64,000 nucleotides of DNA. It comes from a virus. Taxonomy: Duplodnaviria > Caudoviricetes. The notes below the pieces were generated by a model. The model worked only from the letters and a program-made list of their open reading frames with translations, was not told where the DNA came from and did not search any database. The stretch's first letter is position 1. Every line of letters starts with the position of its first letter. Where the stretch lies: the IMG/VR virus record IMGVR_UViG_3300036793_000060, positions 13,090 to 77,089 of that record; one strand, written 5' to 3'. The translations under genes and the position numbers were made by a program. This document shows, piece by piece, positions 62,721 through 64,000 of this stretch.

Positions 62721-63028
62721 TCTCCCTCTCCTGCTCCCTGCGGCAGCCCGAGCGGCCCTTCGCCCTGCTGCTGCCCCTTCCAGTGCTCCTGCACAGCCGC
62801 CATGGCCGCCGCGTAGTCCGGCGCCTCGACGATGACCAGGTCAGCGTGGTGCATGATGCACGTCAGCCGCACGTCCGTCGTCAGGAACGCCGGGGGCATG
62901 TCCAGGACGGCCAGCTGGTGGGCGAACTCTGCCGTCAGCTCGCTGAAGCTCAGCCTCCGGCTGGCCGCGACACGGACAGTCCCGTCTGCCCTGGTACTGC
63001 CCGTGATCACGAAGTCCGGCCTGGTCAG
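62717..63028 (-). CDS. Hypothetical protein, start uncertain
   Basis: Coding bias from about 63028 down; no canonical start found. Confidence 0.45.
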   Translation of the reverse strand: MTRPDFVITGSTRADGTVRVAASRRLSFSELTAEFAHQLAVLDMPPAFLTTDVRLTCIMHHADLVIVEAPDYAAAMAAVQEHWKGQQQGEGPLGLPQGAGEGE

Positions 63029-63201
63029 GCCGAGGCTGACGCCGTTTCCTCCAGGCGCCTTGCCAGGTCTTCCGGCAGCTGCGCTGCCGGATCGCTCGAC
63101 GTACGTACCCAATCCTTGCAGTCCTCCCTCATGCTGTTCACCTCCTCCGTGCAGTCCTCGGTCAGCGGGGCGTCGTCCTCGGTGCAGTCCGGCGCGCTCA
63201 C
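63025..63201 (-). CDS. 58-aa acidic protein with repeated (E)DC[TK][ED] units
   Basis: GTGA overlap; VSAPDCTEDD...EDCTEE...EDCKD. Not in the ORF track. Confidence 0.5.
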   Translation of the reverse strand: MSAPDCTEDDAPLTEDCTEEVNSMREDCKDWVRTSSDPAAQLPEDLARRLEETASASA

Positions 63202-63479
63202 TGCGACTCGGCGTCATCGAGGGCCTGGATCCAGGTGAGCGTCACTGCTGCGGCCTGGACCAGCGCCGCGCGCAGCCTCTCCAGGCTGCCCGGCGTGCCG
63301 TGGTGCAGCTCGTTGACCTCCCTGGCCACCTCGCCTGCCTCCTCAGACAGGATCGCCAGCCTGCGCTCGCTGGTGGCGCTCGGGTAGTACAGCGAGTCGC
63401 TGCCGTGGTGCGCGTGCGCCCTGGCTGCCTCTGCCTGCACCTCCGCTAGGGCCATCTCGCCGATGATCAGGCGGCTCAC
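63198..63479 (-). CDS. MazG-like nucleotide pyrophosphohydrolase
   Basis: ILSEEAGEVARE...ALVQAAAV...W; GTGA overlap. Confidence 0.75.
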   Translation of the reverse strand: MSRLIIGEMALAEVQAEAARAHAHHGSDSLYYPSATSERRLAILSEEAGEVAREVNELHHGTPGSLERLRAALVQAAAVTLTWIQALDDAESQ

Positions 63480-63823
63480 TTCTGCCTCGCCTGCTGCCCG
63501 AACGCCATCGCCTCCATCGGGCCGGCCGGGACCAGCCCGCCCTTGCCCGGCGCGGCCATGCCTGCCAGGTGCGCCCAGCACAGCGGGGCGTTCATCGCCT
63601 GCCCGAGCAGCATGGTGACCCCGATCGCCACCGCGTCGCGCAGCTCGTGCTTGCCTGCCTCGTGGACCATCACCACCATGGCCTCAGCCTCGGCGACCGT
63701 CGCGTCCGTCCGGCCCTTCAGGGCCTCGTTGACCGCTCCCTTGAGCATCATCGTGCACACCAGGCACAGGCCCAGCGGTGAGTCGGGCATCGGCAGCCTC
63801 GACAGCTGCTGCTTGTGGACCAT
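63476..63823 (-). CDS. Hypothetical protein (CLVC...CWAH)
   Basis: Coding bias; Cys/His pairs. Confidence 0.65.
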   Translation of the reverse strand: MVHKQQLSRLPMPDSPLGLCLVCTMMLKGAVNEALKGRTDATVAEAEAMVVMVHEAGKHELRDAVAIGVTMLLGQAMNAPLCWAHLAGMAAPGKGGLVPAGPMEAMAFGQQARQK

Positions 63824-64000
63824 GATCCATCTCCCTTTCCCTCGCGGGGCAGCCCGGCGCCTGGCACATCCGGCCTCGCCCGCATCCGTCTCGCGTGTCC
63901 ATTATGGGGTACCACGCGGACCAGTGATGCCCGTCACTCATTCCTTCGCCTGCGGCCAGTCCCACGTGACCTTCGGCTTCTCCGTGACCCCGCTGGCTGC

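Noticed and set aside
1-64000. Transposable Mu-like lifestyle or prophage status
   Set aside because: The head genes are Mu-like, but no transposase, integrase, repressor, att site or host genes are seen in the window.

Overview
This window is about 64 kb of a high-GC tailed phage (siphovirus) of an actinobacterial host, probably a mycelial actinomycete. The host guess rests on the Lsr2 gene, SigR/SigH-type promoters, LysM-transglycosylase gene and UUA usage. No integrase, repressor or CRISPR array is visible, and the genome continues beyond both ends. Layout: 1-14.6 kb (+) holds replication, recombination and small early genes (family A DNA polymerase, RuvC-like resolvase, Lsr2-like protein, SNF2 helicase, Cas4/RecB-like nuclease, AAA ATPase, DUF669 SSB-like protein, DUF932-like protein). 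14.7-53.5 kb (-) is the virion operon (terminases, Mu-like DUF935 portal, holin-like trio, MuF, large cargo proteins, Mu-type protease, capsid, connectors, tail, tape measure, GH25-like endolysin). 53.5-64 kb (mostly -) holds small accessory genes. Main findings: (1) The portal gene is interrupted twice, each time as take-off codon, UUA, short gap, matched landing codon (CAA-UUA-CC-CAA and GGU-UUA-A-GGC). This points to tandem UUA-gated translational bypassing. (2) An ~11 kb block between MuF and the prohead protease encodes modular proteins. Their effector domains (two ADP-ribosyltransferase types, HhH-like, SAM-lyase-like, HExxH peptidase) are mostly preceded by a repeated [IV][ED]L[GAS] + FxPxxxRxxxGxW signal. 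(3) There is a 109-nt tRNA-like RNA with a CCA end but no D-arm. (4) A compact three-way-junction RNA carries GNRA, UUCG and loop-E motifs. (5) Seven GGAAY-N18-GT[TA] ECF-sigma-type promoters occur, most with a palindromic spacer. All protein family calls come from motif recognition by eye, not database searches. Several start codons were re-chosen from RBS and overlap patterns.
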